Shown here: positions 12,942-25,750 of the stretch, one piece after another | Position numbering within the stretch: position 1 is the stretch's first letter | Layout: every line of letters starts with the position of its first letter | Assembly: GCA_951406725.2 (NCBI GenBank) | Contig: OX597823.1 | Span: forward strand, 94,550,001 to 94,614,000 | Direction: 5' to 3' | Length of the DNA stretch: 64,000 nucleotides | From: Octopus vulgaris | Taxonomy: Eukaryota | Made by a program: the position numbers and the translations under genes | Notes under the pieces: model-generated | The model's database searches: none | What the model was told of the DNA's origin: nothing | Seen by the model: only the letters and a program-made list of their open reading frames with translations

Positions 12942-13215
12942 TGGTACTCTGTCGGTTACGATGACGAGGGTCGCAATTGATCCGATCAACGGAACAGCCT
13001 GCTCCTGAAATTAATACACAAGTGGCTGAGTACTCCACAGACACGCGTACCCTTAACGTAGTTCTCAGGGAGATTCAGTGTGACACAGAATGTGACAAGG
13101 GTGGCCCCTTTGAATTACTGGTACAACTCATTTTTGCCAGCTGAATGGACTGCAGTAACAAGAAATAGAATGCCTTGCCCAAGAACACAACCCGCTACCA
13201 GGAATTGAACTCATG
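12942..13215 (-). mobile_element. tRNA-derived SINE family C
   Basis: Reverse complement of the 29930-30246 repeat. Confidence 0.75.
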
Positions 13216-13408
13216 GATGTGGCACTGCCTTCAAGGGTATAAACAAAACAAGTCGACCTTCACTACTTTATATTTTTTTCAGTCTGGTACTAATTCTATC
13301 AACACTTTTGCCAAAAGGGGACGCAAACAAACCAGCACCGGTTGTCAAGCGGGTTGGGGACAAACATAAACCAAAAACCGGAACAGACAGACAGACAGAC
13401 AGACAGAC

Positions 13409-13458
<50 letters not shown>

Positions 13459-13912
13459 GGTTTCCGCATAGTCAATATATGTCATTATTTTGCTGAATTT
13501 TATCAACATCACACTCAACTCCATTGGAAATCTATAACTGCAAAACTTCATAAAATAACGTGCATTTCAGAAAGCAATCATTGTCTACCACCAAGCCTAG
13601 CATGCACCGGCATATTGCACCTCTTACTGCAATTCTCTCTTTCCCTCTCTCTCTCACTGTCTTGACCATGTTGACTGCGACTGGAGAATCGTCAACTAAC
13701 ATTTTTATTGGCTATTATTATATAGAGATGTAAGGTGTAGCGGTTTGAGGGAGAATTGGGGGCTATTTCTAGCGAATCGGACGTTCAAGTGCGTCGAAGT
13801 TCCTTCTTTGGTTCGAACAGTATTTAGTGTAATGTAATCGATCAATTCGTTCTCTATATGTATAACAGATGCACACACATGCACACACTCATGCACACCT
13901 TCAAAATAAATT

Positions 13913-14048
13913 AAAAAACAAACGGCAAAACCGAGCTGCTTCGAGCAGGATTTGAACTCGAAACGTAGATACATGTAACTGCCAACGGAAGCAGGGTACT
14001 TTGACCGCAGCCACGGGTGCTTCTACCACCAGCGCCACCTTCCCCTGC
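13913..14048 (-). ncRNA. Candidate Pol III small RNA gene (A box, B box, T-run), or diverged SINE head
   Basis: Minus strand: A-box-like TGGCGCTGGTGG (14037-14026), B-box GAGTTCAAATCC (13959-13948), TTTT and T6 runs at 13930-13913; no SINE body or tail; no clean cloverleaf. Confidence 0.4.
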
Positions 14049-14221
14049 ATATTCATAAATAATAAATACATATACCTTTAATAATAGCCGTTAACAGCTG
14101 CTTCTCACACAACATCGATCCACCCAGTTATCGATATGCGTGCAAATATACATAACACACATCTATAATATATAGAGAGAGAGCGAGACACACACAGACA
14201 TATATATATACACACACACAC

Positions 14222-14270
<49 letters not shown>

Positions 14271-14626
14271 GACATATATATATGGACATCGACAAATCGT
14301 GTGTGACGATAGATAGATATGCACATATATACATATGTATGTATGTATATATAGAGGAGGAGACACGTGCGTGTGTGTGTAGTTGCTGTTGTTATGGTAA
14401 GTTAGAAGCAGCAACAGCAGCAGCACTAATAGCAGCAGCAGTCATAGTCTTCGAGAGAAGAGAGAGAGAAAGAGTGTGTGTGAGAAAGAGAGAGAGGGGG
14501 AAAAGTGTGTGAGAGAAAGCGAGAGAGAGAGAGAGAGAGGATCGGCGTGTGCGATGGTGTTGGCAATGTCGGGCTTTACGCAGTCAACATTTGAGTCTCC
14601 TCTCTTTGCGAGATAAATAAAAGTCG

Positions 14627-14658
14627 ATGGCAAGTTGTTTCGGACAACGGCAAGAACA
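14627..14658 (+). CDS. Candidate first coding exon MASCFGQRQE(x), phase 2; gene unidentified
   Basis: ATGG start, consensus donor ACA/GTGAGT at 14659, unique CpG-rich sequence after GA- and CAG-rich leader; 20-codon uORF at 14554-14616. Confidence 0.4.
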
Positions 14659-14939
14659 GTGAGTACAAAAAAAAGCTTTCTGTTGTTAATTATTATTATT
14701 ATTTACATTTGGGAAGATAAAGAAAAATCTAGCAGAAATAGAATTAATTAATTGAAGAAGAAAAACTTAAGTTGCCATACAAATCTATACACGCGATTAT
14801 TTTATACAAGCAGCATGTAAGGCGCGTGTTTGTGTGTATGCATGTATGTATAAGAAACTAAAAAAGCACATTTAATTTTATTTATATGCACACATACATA
14901 CACACACACATATACATATATATATATATATATATATAA

Positions 14940-15016
14940 AGCTGTCGGGCCGACCAAAGCCTTGTGAGTGGATTTGGTAGACGGAAACTGAAAAATGCCC
15001 GTCGTATATATGTATA

Positions 15017-15073
<57 letters not shown>

Positions 15074-15245
15074 TTGTGTCTGTCCCCCCAACATCGTTTG
15101 ACAACTGATGCTGGTGTGTTTACGTCCCCATAACGTAGCGGTTCGGCAAAAGAAACCGATAGAATAAGTCCTGGGGTCTATTGGACTAAAGGTCGTGCTC
15201 CAGCATGGCCCCTGTCAAATGACTGAAACAAGTAAAAGAGTAAAG
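14940..15245 (+). mobile_element. 5'-truncated SINE family B with internal (TA)(TG) microsatellite
   Basis: Matches the 3' two-thirds of 31553-31935. Confidence 0.8.
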
Positions 15246-15426
15246 AGTATATATATATATATATATATAAAAGAGCCAAGTTGATTACTAACCCCTGAAA
15301 ACCTGAAATTCAGGGCCCTTATATTTTCAATTTACGCAAAAAAGAAAATAATTAATAAAGAGTTAAAAAGTTGTTTTATTATCATTTATTACAATATAAG
15401 AATATAATATTTCATTTTATTTATTA

Positions 15427-15801
15427 CTAGCAGTATCGCCCGGCGTTGCTCAGGTTTGTAAGGGAAATAACTATAAAGCATTTTTAGAGAGTTATAGCCA
15501 AAAAATGGAAAAAAAATATGGTAAATTTTTTTTTGAGAGTTAAAAAAGGATGGAGTTGCGTCCCCTAGACAGTCTGTGGTTTGTTTTTTTTGATTCTCGA
15601 CCCCATGTCGAATTTATCGATTTTTTTCAGAACTGGGGGAACTTTTCAAAATTTTGGCTGCGTTAGTTTTGAATTATGACATTGGGCTATGTGTGTGTCA
15701 AGTTTCATCAGAATCGGTTGAAAGCCGGGGTCAGAGTGAGGGTACGAGAAAACAGACACACAGAAAACGCACAGACAAACTGCCGTTTATATAGAGAGAG
15801 A
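15427..15801 (-). mobile_element. Non-autonomous Helitron
   Basis: Minus strand begins TC and ends with hairpin (CCTGAGCAACGCCGGG) then ATACTG-CTAG; sits between A and T; no TSD. Confidence 0.75.
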
Positions 15802-16334
15802 TTTTCATACGCCGCCCCTGTTATTTCTTCGGTTATCCCAAACACGACGTGGTACCTTGGATAAATAACCAACTTGCCGGTGGTACCTTGAACCGGCTCT
15901 GAAAATATAAAAATATATATTATTTCATTTCGTTCTTCTCGTAATCAAAATAACGATGTATAAATTATTATTATTATCTTTGCCTAATATCTAAAAAGCT
16001 CACGTCGATATTTTTGTTATATTTAATCGAACTTCGAATTAAATGGTTGATTTGAAGGTAAGGGTTGGGTGAGAGAATGTTTTCGATAACCAATTAATTT
16101 AATAATTAGAGAGATGATAGGAAATATGTGTTGTTTTAAACTAGCTATAAGTCTAAACGTGGTTGGTTCACCCATTTACAGGGTACAAACTTGATGTTTT
16201 TCTCATATTTCTCTGTACATCAGCTGAGTTAAGTTGATATATAAGTTACAGTAAGGTTCTGTTGTTACAAGCAAGCTACACATTTTCACCATTGAGAAAA
16301 CTATATCTATTGAGCAGCCTTCTCTGTCGTCTGC

Positions 16335-16370
<36 letters not shown>

Positions 16371-16764
16371 CTATATATATATATCTGTCTATCTATCTAT
16401 CTATCTATCTATCTCTATATATATATCTGTCTATCTCTCTATCTATCTATCTCTATATATATATATATCTGTCTATCTCTCTATCTATCTATCTATACAC
16501 ATCTCTGTCTATATCTGTTTATCTGTCTGTCTCTCCATCTTTTTCTTTCTATATCTCTGTCTATATCTGTTTATCTGTCTCGGTGTCTCCATCTTTGTGT
16601 GTCTCTTCATCTCTATTTCTATGTCTCTCTTTATCTCTATATCCCTATTTATGTGTGTGTATGTGTGTGATACAAAAATTTAAAAAGCGAAGACTAGGTA
16701 AAAAAAAAACACAAACTAACAAACAGGCCGTATTAGGTTCACACTCAGAGAAATTGGAAGAAGT

Positions 16765-16800
16765 CTTTAACATTTCGAACCTTCGCTCTTCTACGGAAAG
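16765..16800 (-). ncRNA. Minimal type-I hammerhead-like motif (CCGUAGA core variant, decayed) in Penelope-like repeat
   Basis: CUUU-CCGUAGA-A-GAGC-GAAG-GUUC-GAAA-UG-UU-AAAG. Confidence 0.5.
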
Positions 16801-17568
16801 GATAGACGAGGAGAGAGAAAAACAAGAGAAAAGAACAAGTGTCTCAATAAGACACACACACATACATACACATATCATCATCATCATCTTTCTATAAATT
16901 TCTCTCTCTGTCTCCCTCTTTCTCTCTCTCTCTCAAGAAATTCGCATTGCAATCAGGAGTCCCACGTTCAGTCTCACAGCATGATATGCTAAGTATGTAT
17001 CTTTTACTATATCCTCGAGTCACCCCGAGCCTTGTGAGTAAACTATGTAAACGGAAACTAAGGGGAAGCCCACCAGATGTAAATTTGATTTATTTATACA
17101 CACACACACTCACATATATATACACACACGCACACAGTATTCTACGTGCCACAGAAGATATTTTCCAAAGTAAAAAAAGTTTAATATTTAATTTCATTTG
17201 CATGAATGTGCTATTCTCTATAATTAACAAAATATTGTTGATGACACGGGTATACTAGTATACATCATTTAAGATTAGCTAACTTTAAGCGTGTTTGTAT
17301 GTTTGGCTGAATGAATACGTTGCGTATTTCGTTTTCGAAGAGAACCAAGACGTCACACCTCTGATACACTGCAACCATGCAGGTACCCAGGGACTCGCGA
17401 GTGTTCTTGTCCATACAACACCTTCCAAGTGAATTGGAATTCCTTGATTAGTTGCAAGACTGCCAATGACAATTAGGAATATACCTGGATAATGGAGAAT
17501 TTTATATGAGTATTAGAGCCAAAACTGGCACAAGGGAGCGACAGATGCACCTGTACGGATCCTTTGAC

Positions 17569-18424
17569 GGTAATCCTGAAAGAGAATGGACCCACGCTAG
17601 TCATTAAGAAAAGTGAAAATAAAACAAATTTTAAAATTGAAATACAATGTTATTCAAAAGTAAACCACTCTGAATATGCGTTTATATTAAACACTTTCTC
17701 CTTTAGAAATGAAGTGAATATGCCGCGTCAAAACTCTGAATGAATGGCTAAATATCATGAATCATTTTAAATAGCAATAAATCGAATTATACCTAAATGA
17801 GTAACATTTTGTTTCAATTTCAAAATTGTTTCACTTTCACTTTCTTAATGACTATCGCTGGTCGCGAAATTATTTTTCCCACGAGAGTTCCGGACCCTAG
17901 TAATGAACTCATTTGCATACAACCAATCAGAGCTCACCTTGACCTTGTCAAGTTAACAAACCCACTCTACCAAGTAAAACGCAAGACGAAGAACGTTGTT
18001 GTAAGTCGACCGATTGCCAAGTTAAGCCTAATTTTAGGAGGAGACAAGTAATTAGTTAGATTTGCATCTAGACCTATTATCGGATTTTGTTAGGGCCCCA
18101 TACGGTAAAGATGTGGATGGGAAAATGTGGGTAGAGGGTGATGCTCTAGCAACCCTCTCCCCTTAGGAAGTCAACAACAACACAAATAACTACACAGATG
18201 CAGCCATGGTTGAAACAAGAACAAGCATTCTTAAAAGAGAAAAGGGGCATGGTCATCCCTTACCCAAGTGACCTTATCTTATCGCCCATCACTTGTTATG
18301 CGCTCATAAATTACTTTGATAGTTGATCTCTGATTGGTTATATGCAAATGAGTTCATAACTGGGGTCCGGAACTCTCGTGGGAAAAAAATTTTGCACGTG
18401 GGTCCACTCTTCTTCATGAGTACC
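17569..18424. mobile_element. Long-TIR non-autonomous DNA element with nested MITE
   Basis: 17872-17932 pairs with 18327-18390; outer GAATGGACCCACG / CGTGGGTCCACTC pair. Confidence 0.7.
17598..17854. mobile_element. AT-rich MITE with TA termini nested in the left arm of the previous element
   Basis: TAGTCATTAAGAAAAGTGAAA... / ...TTTCACTTTCTTAATGACTA, about 60-bp inverted arms. Confidence 0.75.
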
Positions 18425-18479
18425 TCTTTATCTTTGATTCCTGTTTAAATATTATCTTTTAAAAACTTTAATGTAATTT

Positions 18480-18917
18480 GGTACAAGACCAGCAATTTTG
18501 GGGCAAGAGCTGAGTCGATTACATCGAACCCAGTACGCAACTGTTGCTTATTTTATCAACCCCGAAAGGATTAAAGGCAAAGGCGACCTCGGAGGAATTT
18601 GAACTTACAACATAAGGACGGACGAAATACCGCTGAGCATTTTGTCTGGTGTGCTAACGATTCTACCAGCTCACCGCCTTTCCTTAAATATGTTATGATA
18701 AATTGTTTCCTATTTTTTTACTACCCACAAGGGACTAAACATAGAGGGGACAAACGGATTAAGTCGATTACATCGACCCTAGTGCGTAACTAGTACTTAA
18801 TTTTTCGACCCCCGAAAAGTCGACCTCGACGGAATTTGAACTCAGAACGTAACGACAGACGAAATATCGCTTAGTATTTCGCCCGGCGTGCTTAACAATT
18901 CTGCCAGTTCGCTGCCT
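18480..18917 (-). mobile_element. Two SINE family A copies
   Basis: Reverse complement of family A head and body. Confidence 0.8.
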
Positions 18918-19127
18918 TATTTGTTATGATAAATGTTATGATAAACTGTTTCCTTCAGTTACAACAACGGCAATAACAACAACATTGGTAACGTTTGAAA
19001 TGAGAATAATCAACAAAATTAAATATATACCTCTTCTGTGAGTATATGAAGAGTTGTTTTAACAGAAGTAGTAGGCCTCTGGACAAAACAATCCACAGAG
19101 GACCCCTACAAACACAACAGCAACAGC

Positions 19128-19458
19128 CGTGGAGGCACAATGGCCCAGTGGTTAGGGCAGCGGACTCGCGGTCGGAGGATCGAGGTTTCGTTGTGTGTGT
19201 TTATTGAGCGAAAACACATAAAAGCTCCACGAGGCTCCGGCAGGGGGGGGGGCGACCCCTGTTGTACTCCTTCGCTCCAACTTTCTCTCACTCTTTCTTC
19301 CTGTTTCTTGTCCCCGGCTTTCTACGCAACCGCTGAGCCTGGATGCTCTCGGTGTCGGGGGTTGACCTGCTTTCTTTTCTGCGGGTCTTACGAATAGCAA
19401 AGGACCACGTTTCGGACTTCTCCCACTACAGGACGAAGACCGCTTCGCTCAACAAACA
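19128..19458 (+). mobile_element. tRNA-derived SINE family D (tRNA-Arg-like head)
   Basis: A-box TGGCCCAGTGGTTAGGG, B box partly deleted, (AACA)n tail, 12-bp TSD AACAGCAACAGC (19116-19127, 19459-19470). Confidence 0.8.
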
Positions 19459-19749
19459 AACAGCAACAGCATAAATAGATTATTTTGGGGCCCTTAGACA
19501 CGTGGGGTCTCCAAGCAACTGTTTAATGTGCCCGTTCCTTAAGACGGTACTTCATGGCATGACCAGGGTGAGGTATATGATCTGATATTACTGGACATCG
19601 CTTTGCGGTCTGTTAAATCGTCACCGTCATTTATTGCGTTTCCTCAATGCAAGCCACCAAAAATCGTGCCTTTCTTTTCTACTCTAGACACAAGGCCCAA
19701 AATTTTTAGGGAGAGGTCAGTCGATTAGATCGACCCTAGTACGCAACTG

Positions 19750-20388
19750 GGATCTTTTCCTTTTGAACGGCAGATGTCAACACAATTTCTAGTTAACTAA
19801 ACACTTTTAAACTTCGTATACTGGTAGAATGTGTCAAAATAAAGCATTTTTTTCTCTTGGCTTTCTTGAGAAAATTCTATAGATTGTAAGATATTTCGTC
19901 TAAAAATCCGAGCATTTCGGCAATTTTAACCAATCGATTACCTCCATTCAACTAAAATCATTTGCTGCGTCTAAAACTGAGACAACATCCTGTAACTAAC
20001 CCTAAACCTCCCTCCTAACCCTAACCCTAAATTTTTTTCTTAATTGTTAAATTAATTTAATTCCATTGCTTTAGTTTTTTTATACGCGTAACAATTAAAT
20101 TAATTTAACAATTAAGAAAAAAAAATTTAGGGTTAGGGTTGGGGTGGAGGTTTAGGGTTAGTTACAGGATGTTGTCTCAGTTTTAGACGCAGCAAATGAT
20201 TATAGCTCAAAAGAGAGCATAGGATTGGTTAAAATTCAAAAAATTAAACTACGTTAACAAACAAATTACAATTTTCTCAAGAAAGCCAAGAGAAAAAAAT
20301 GTTATATTTTGACACATTCTGCCAGTATACGAAGTTTTAAAGTGTTTAGTTAACTAGAAATTGTCTGCCGTTCGAAAGGAAAAGATCC
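19750..20388. mobile_element. About 640-bp almost fully palindromic foldback transposon with TTAGGG repeats, inserted in a family A SINE
   Basis: Termini GGATCTTTTCC / GGAAAAGATCC; TSD CGCAACTG(G); arms pair up to a centre near 20075. Confidence 0.9.
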
Positions 20389-21460
20389 CGCAACTGGTAC
20401 TTTATTTATCGACCCCGAAGAGATGAAAGGTAAAGTCGACCTCGGCGGAAATTGAACTCAGAACATAAAGACAGACGAAATACTGCTAAGCATTTCGCCC
20501 GGCGTGCTAACGATTCTGCCAGCTCGCCGCCTTTACAATCGTGCCTTTGCTTACATCTGTAACAAACATATCTTCACAATATTAAATGATTAAATGACAG
20601 TTAATTCTTCTTAGTTCGTCCAGCTCTCTTTGAAAGGTTTTGTTTTTCATACCACAAGATGTCCAAGAATCAGTGTTGCATACAAAAAGAAAAAAATGTT
20701 CTAATGTGTTCTTCATTGAATTTGGCAAAGGGGGGGGGGGTGTTTTAAGAGAGATTTAGCTGCTATTTCTAGCAGATCAGCGACTGTTTACAGCCGTCCT
20801 CATCGATGTTGGCATAGTCACGGATGCTTACGTTGTTGTTGTTGTTGTAGTTAGTGTGAGCGTTGTTGCTGTAAGTTTGTTTTTACCATGATGTTGTAAT
20901 CCTGCGGGAGAGCAACAGGTGGCGGCTTGCTTGTTCTGTGGGTAGCAAGGGAAATAAATACATGCGCACATTCACGTGTATGTATAAGATATGCACACAC
21001 ACACACAAAACATAGATATGCACCTTCTACATGAGTGCAGTGTATCGACACACACACACACACACACATGTATGTATGTATGATCTATCTACACCGCGCA
21101 CACACACACACGTTACATAAATTAGTGCAAGCATATCGACACACGTATACACACCATCATATATACAAACACCAAATTCATATATTCACAAATATCTGGG
21201 TCTGTTTTCGCGTAAACAAACCTTGTCACTTTGTTAATTCCCAGGCTGAATTCAGAGATCTTAAATCAGTGTTTCTCAAACTCTTTTTTTCTAACTATCA
21301 CTCCTCTTACTAATACTTTTTCAACGTCCCTTAGACTCGAATCAACTGCCTGTTTCCACGAGTCATTTCAACAGAAGGTCATTTCTTCAATTAACCAATG
21401 CCGTCATGAATTCTCATATGACTAGCAAGGGCAACTTTGGACAAACAGACCTTAACTGCA

Positions 21461-21550
21461 TCGATGCCTCGAGTCAACTGCACCGATTCTTTGAGTCAAT
21501 TGCACCGATACCTCGAGTTAACCGCCCTGTTGCCGCAAGCCAACGCACCC
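21461..21550. repeat. 22-bp minisatellite, about 4 degenerate units
   Basis: Unit approximately CCGATRCCTCGAGTCAACTGCA. Confidence 0.7.
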
Positions 21551-21887
21551 TTCCTATGATGCTATGATCCTACGCCTGACCTATTTTAGTCAACATACAT
21601 GTAATATCTGGACAGAATGATTTACTTTTGGGCATTTGGGGTAAATTTTGATGCACTTCTCAGAATTTAACGTAGCTTTCTCCGAAATTTGTTCTGCTTA
21701 TCTTCAGACAAAAACACTAACAATATCGTATGACCATAGACTTTGGAAAAAGTTACTAACTAGGAAAATGATTACTTTAAAGCAGTATTTCACAGATATG
21801 AGGGGATGAGTTGCTCCAGAATGGAGCATTTGTAACAAGGGAATAAAGCTTGCAATAGAGTTTACTTAAGCTTTTTTTCAAACGGTG

Positions 21888-22340
21888 ACTGCCACGTCTT
21901 CATAGAAGGTCATCTTTGCAAGTAACTAATGCCGTCATGATATCTCATAAGACTAGCAAGGGCCGCTTTGGACAAACAGACCCTAACTGCAGATGTTACA
22001 AATATTTTCAGGCAGAAAAAGGTCTTGGATTTTAAGTCAAGTCCTATTTACCAAGTGCTCGTTTCAAGATAGATTGTTCGATTCTCTGTGTTTCAAATGT
22101 TTTACAGCCATTGTAGGTCACTTCTTTCCAAACCGATCGATTTTCCATCATCTGTTCCCAGTCTTCAACATTCACACAAAGAGCCTGAAGGTTTCTTTTC
22201 ACGACATTCCTAAAACATTTCTTAAGGTTTATGTTTCGGACGTTTACCACGATGCTTAGGTAACCTATCGTCCGGCAGCCCAGTAAGGTGCCCAGTCCAA
22301 CACATCTGAAGTAAATTGAGTAAAGACATGGGAATCTATG
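21888..22340 (-). mobile_element. RTE (BovB-like) LINE 3' remnant; its 3' end is also present at 21345-21460
   Basis: KKCFRNVVKRNLQAL.VNVEDWEQMMENRSVW motif followed by a decayed C2H2-like terminus. Confidence 0.7.
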
Positions 22341-23895
22341 CAGATCCGGTCATGTTGGTGGTTGTGCAGGCAATCGCGTTTCCCTTTTCACATTATAAGA
22401 AGCTCCATGTCTTCATTATTTTGTTATTTTACTTTGGTATCACAATATTTTAAACAAGCTACAATACTCTTTACATACATGCACATACATACATACAAAC
22501 AAACAAAAATTTTGTCCTTTTATGGTAAACGTCGGAGGACATTTTAAGATATAGGATTTTTAAAAAATGGTTGTGAAACCCTGGCTTAGAACAGTTATGC
22601 AAATTGCTAAATGCATTTTGTATTTTGATTAAAATTATAAATACACTCCCTCTCTCTCTCTCTCTCTCGTTTCGTTTTATTTCACTTAAAAAATGAGGTA
22701 GACATTTCCGTATAAACGTGACTGTACATATCTATAGATAATGTTCAATGAAGAAGAGGTAAGGTGTGGTGGGAGGTTGAATAATTTTCGGGTTATTGAT
22801 GTTGCTATCTCCAGCTCAGCCCCGACAGAACAGCAAAACTATGATCAAAGACGTTCAAGTAGTGACCATCCTGTCTTTATTTATGGAGCATTTCTATACA
22901 ATAGAATCGGAAATTATCTAGCAAGCCAAAGACCATAATTTCTTTAGATTTGTTTGTTTTAGGCATGTATTAAACATCTGAGGTTATATTTCTTCAAAAT
23001 TATGTATAACATAAACCTGAAAAAAAATGGTTTCTACAAGTAAACGTCAAAACGGAGAACTTGAGAAAAAGAAGACAACCCTTCCCCCAGTTTTTGCATA
23101 ACCATAATCTACGATACTTAAAACAGACAGACCCGAAGAAATTACGGTTTTTGACAAAGTAAATAAAAGTCTGGCTCTCGTTCAAATATCGTTCAAAACA
23201 ACGCGTCTTCTCTTGTATTAAAGTGCTAACGATAGATTCCTGTGGTGTAAAAATACTCTATCGTGCTATGGAAAGGGGATGGTGAAAGTGTACGAGAGAG
23301 AGAGACTCATGAATTTACAAGCAAATGCTTACATATACACACTTACAGACGCTACTGACGCGCGTGAGTACAAACACACACATACACTCGGGTAACAATT
23401 AGCTGTGTGAGAAAGTGGCGAGTATGTATTAATGTGCGAAAACCATTTGCGGCACAAATTGTAAACTCTCTTTGTAATGCACCCTGTCAGATGTCCCTGT
23501 AGCAAATAAATACATGCGCCTGAAGATTACTGAATAACAATTGGGCAACAGGTCATGCTCTTGGTGGCCAGGGCGATTCTGGATCAGTTGGGTTCCTTGA
23601 CAGGCCCTAGTTGGAGGCCCTCCTATATCATAAGGATAGCATCATCCGTATGGCTATATATTTTGTATGCAATGTATACTTTCTATCCCATTTCTTCCCT
23701 TCATCTTTTTCTGTGACTCTCCACACAAACTGTAAACTATCTTTGTAAATGTCTCCCTGATCAGATGCCCTTGTGGCAAATACAAGAAATCGTTATTATT
23801 TCATCTTACTGCTTTCGTTGGGCCGAAAAGGTCAGCTAGTCAGTATCTATCTGGTGGTTTTAGCGAAAGACGTTGTGTGTTGAACCAGATCAAAA

Positions 23896-23964
23896 ATGGC
23901 TGAAGACAGATACCTTCCTCTTTGGTCAAACCGTCAGCAACCTTTTCAAGTCTCAACTGAAAAG
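23896..23964 (+). CDS. Candidate coding exon MAEDRYLPLWSNRQQPFQVSTEK, phase 0; gene unidentified
   Basis: CAAAAATGG start context, 23 open codons, consensus donor AAG/GTAAGT at 23965, unique sequence. Confidence 0.5.
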
Positions 23965-24334
23965 GTAAGTGAAGCTTGAGAGGAAAGCATTGCCTTCCAG
24001 CAATTTGGTATCTATAGATTTGTTATCCTCTGTAATCTTATTTGGAAAAAATACGGTTTGAAGTTTATGTTATAAGAATTTAGAACCTTCGAGAGATGTG
24101 AAATATTTCGTTTTTAATGGATTCGACGTTTCAGTTATTTTGCTGAAGCCCCGCCAACTTTTTAGGGCATTCTTTCGCTTTGCGATCCCAAAATTAAGGT
24201 AGAAATATTGATATCATTTGCCAGGGTCCAAGCAGACGTGTTGAATAGATATCCCTCCGCTGTTTTCCCTTGAAATTTCTTCGGATCCTTGTTTTCGAGA
24301 ATGGAGATGAAAATTTGACCAAAACAATTGGCTT

Positions 24335-24974
24335 AGGCATAGCTGTGTGGTTAAGTAGGTTGCTTTAGAACCACAAGGTTCTGGGTTCAATCTTACTGCA
24401 CGACATCTTGCACAAGTGTCTTCTACTTTAGCCCCGAGCTGATCAAAGCCTTGTAAGTGAATTTGATAGACGGAAACACAGTGGAAGCTCATCGTGTGTC
24501 TTTTTTTTTTTTTTGTCCCTGCCCCACTGCTTGAGTACCGGTGTTGGTTTGTTTACGTCCCCGTATTTTAGCCATTCGGCAAAAAGACACCGATAGAGTA
24601 AGTACCAGACTAAAACAATAAATACTGGAGTCGATTTTACTGACAAAAAAAAACCTTCAATGTGGTCGCAGTCCAATGACTGAAACCAGTAAACGATATA
24701 AAAGAAATGACAACTACTCAAATTTTTAATTTCACCCCCAACCCATCTCATGACCACCAAAACATTTTTCTTTTCAATCTTATATTTTGCTCGACATAGG
24801 CGCAGGAGTGGCTGTGTGGTTAGTAGCTTGCTTACCAACCACATGCTTCCGGGTTCAGTCCCACTGCGTGGCACCTTGAGCAATTGTCTTCTATTATAGC
24901 CTTGGCTGACCAAAGCCCTGTGAGTGGATTTGATAGACAGAAACTGAAAGAAGCTCATCGTATATATATGTGTA

Positions 24975-25027
<53 letters not shown>

Positions 25028-25215
25028 GTGTATGCCTGTGTTTGTATCCCCAATATCGCTTGACAACCGATGCTGGTGTGTTTATGTCCCTGTAACTTAA
25101 TAGTTCGGCAAAAGAGACCGATACAATAAGTACTAGGCTTACAAAGAATAAGTCCTGGGGGCGGTGCTCCAGTATGGCCACAGTCAAATGACTGAAACAA
25201 GTAAAAGAATAGAGT
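24335..25215 (+). mobile_element. Two SINE family B copies
   Basis: Heads near 24335 (diverged) and 24798; internal microsatellite; GACTGAAAC..GTAAA tail. Confidence 0.85.
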
Positions 25216-25353
25216 ATTTCAAAATATGGATTTTAAAAATCAGATTTTCTTTTTCTTTTGTCTCCCTAAATTTAGATTCCATGCGATAATTTTCCACTTT
25301 TATTTTATGATCATAAACCGAAAGAATAGTTTTATTTTTACTTTATTAAAAAA

Positions 25354-25750
25354 CTAGCAGTATCGCCCGGCGTTGCTCGGGTTTGTAAGGGAAATAACTA
25401 TATAAGCATTTTTAGAGATGTAAAGTATAATAGCCATCTCAATATGGCTAACCACAAAGGGGGAGGGTGTTACTGTAGCTTTTTACGTTCTGAGATTTAA
25501 CAATAAATTTTTAGAGAGTTACTTCCCTTATATATGCCAAAAATGCATTAAAAATGGGAAAAATTGATGGTAAATTTTTTTAAGATCGTAGACTCATCGT
25601 AGACGCGCGCTAATACCCAGAAGGGCTCGATATGAATCACGACTATAAGATACCCTGTTTTGGTTAAACTGCACCGCAAAATGTAGGAGTAGTTAGGAAT
25701 CTAAATCGTAGAAGACAGACAGCACACAACCTCACTTTTATATATAAGGA
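25354..25750 (-). mobile_element. Non-autonomous Helitron
   Basis: 5' TCCTTATATAT ... hairpin CCCGAGCAACGCCGGG then CTAG 3'. Confidence 0.8.

Noticed and set aside
17341-17480. Second coding exon in frame with 14627
   Set aside because: Weak GAAG acceptor, ambiguous donors, no recognisable peptide.
19128-19200. tRNA-Arg gene
   Set aside because: T-arm is deleted and the head continues into a SINE body with tail and TSD.
19995-20162. Telomere fusion site
   Set aside because: Only a few degenerate repeats, oriented CCCTAA then TTAGGG, inside a TIR element with a TSD.
21461-21550. 22-bp repeats as iterons or CRISPR
   Set aside because: Contiguous degenerate tandem units with no spacers.
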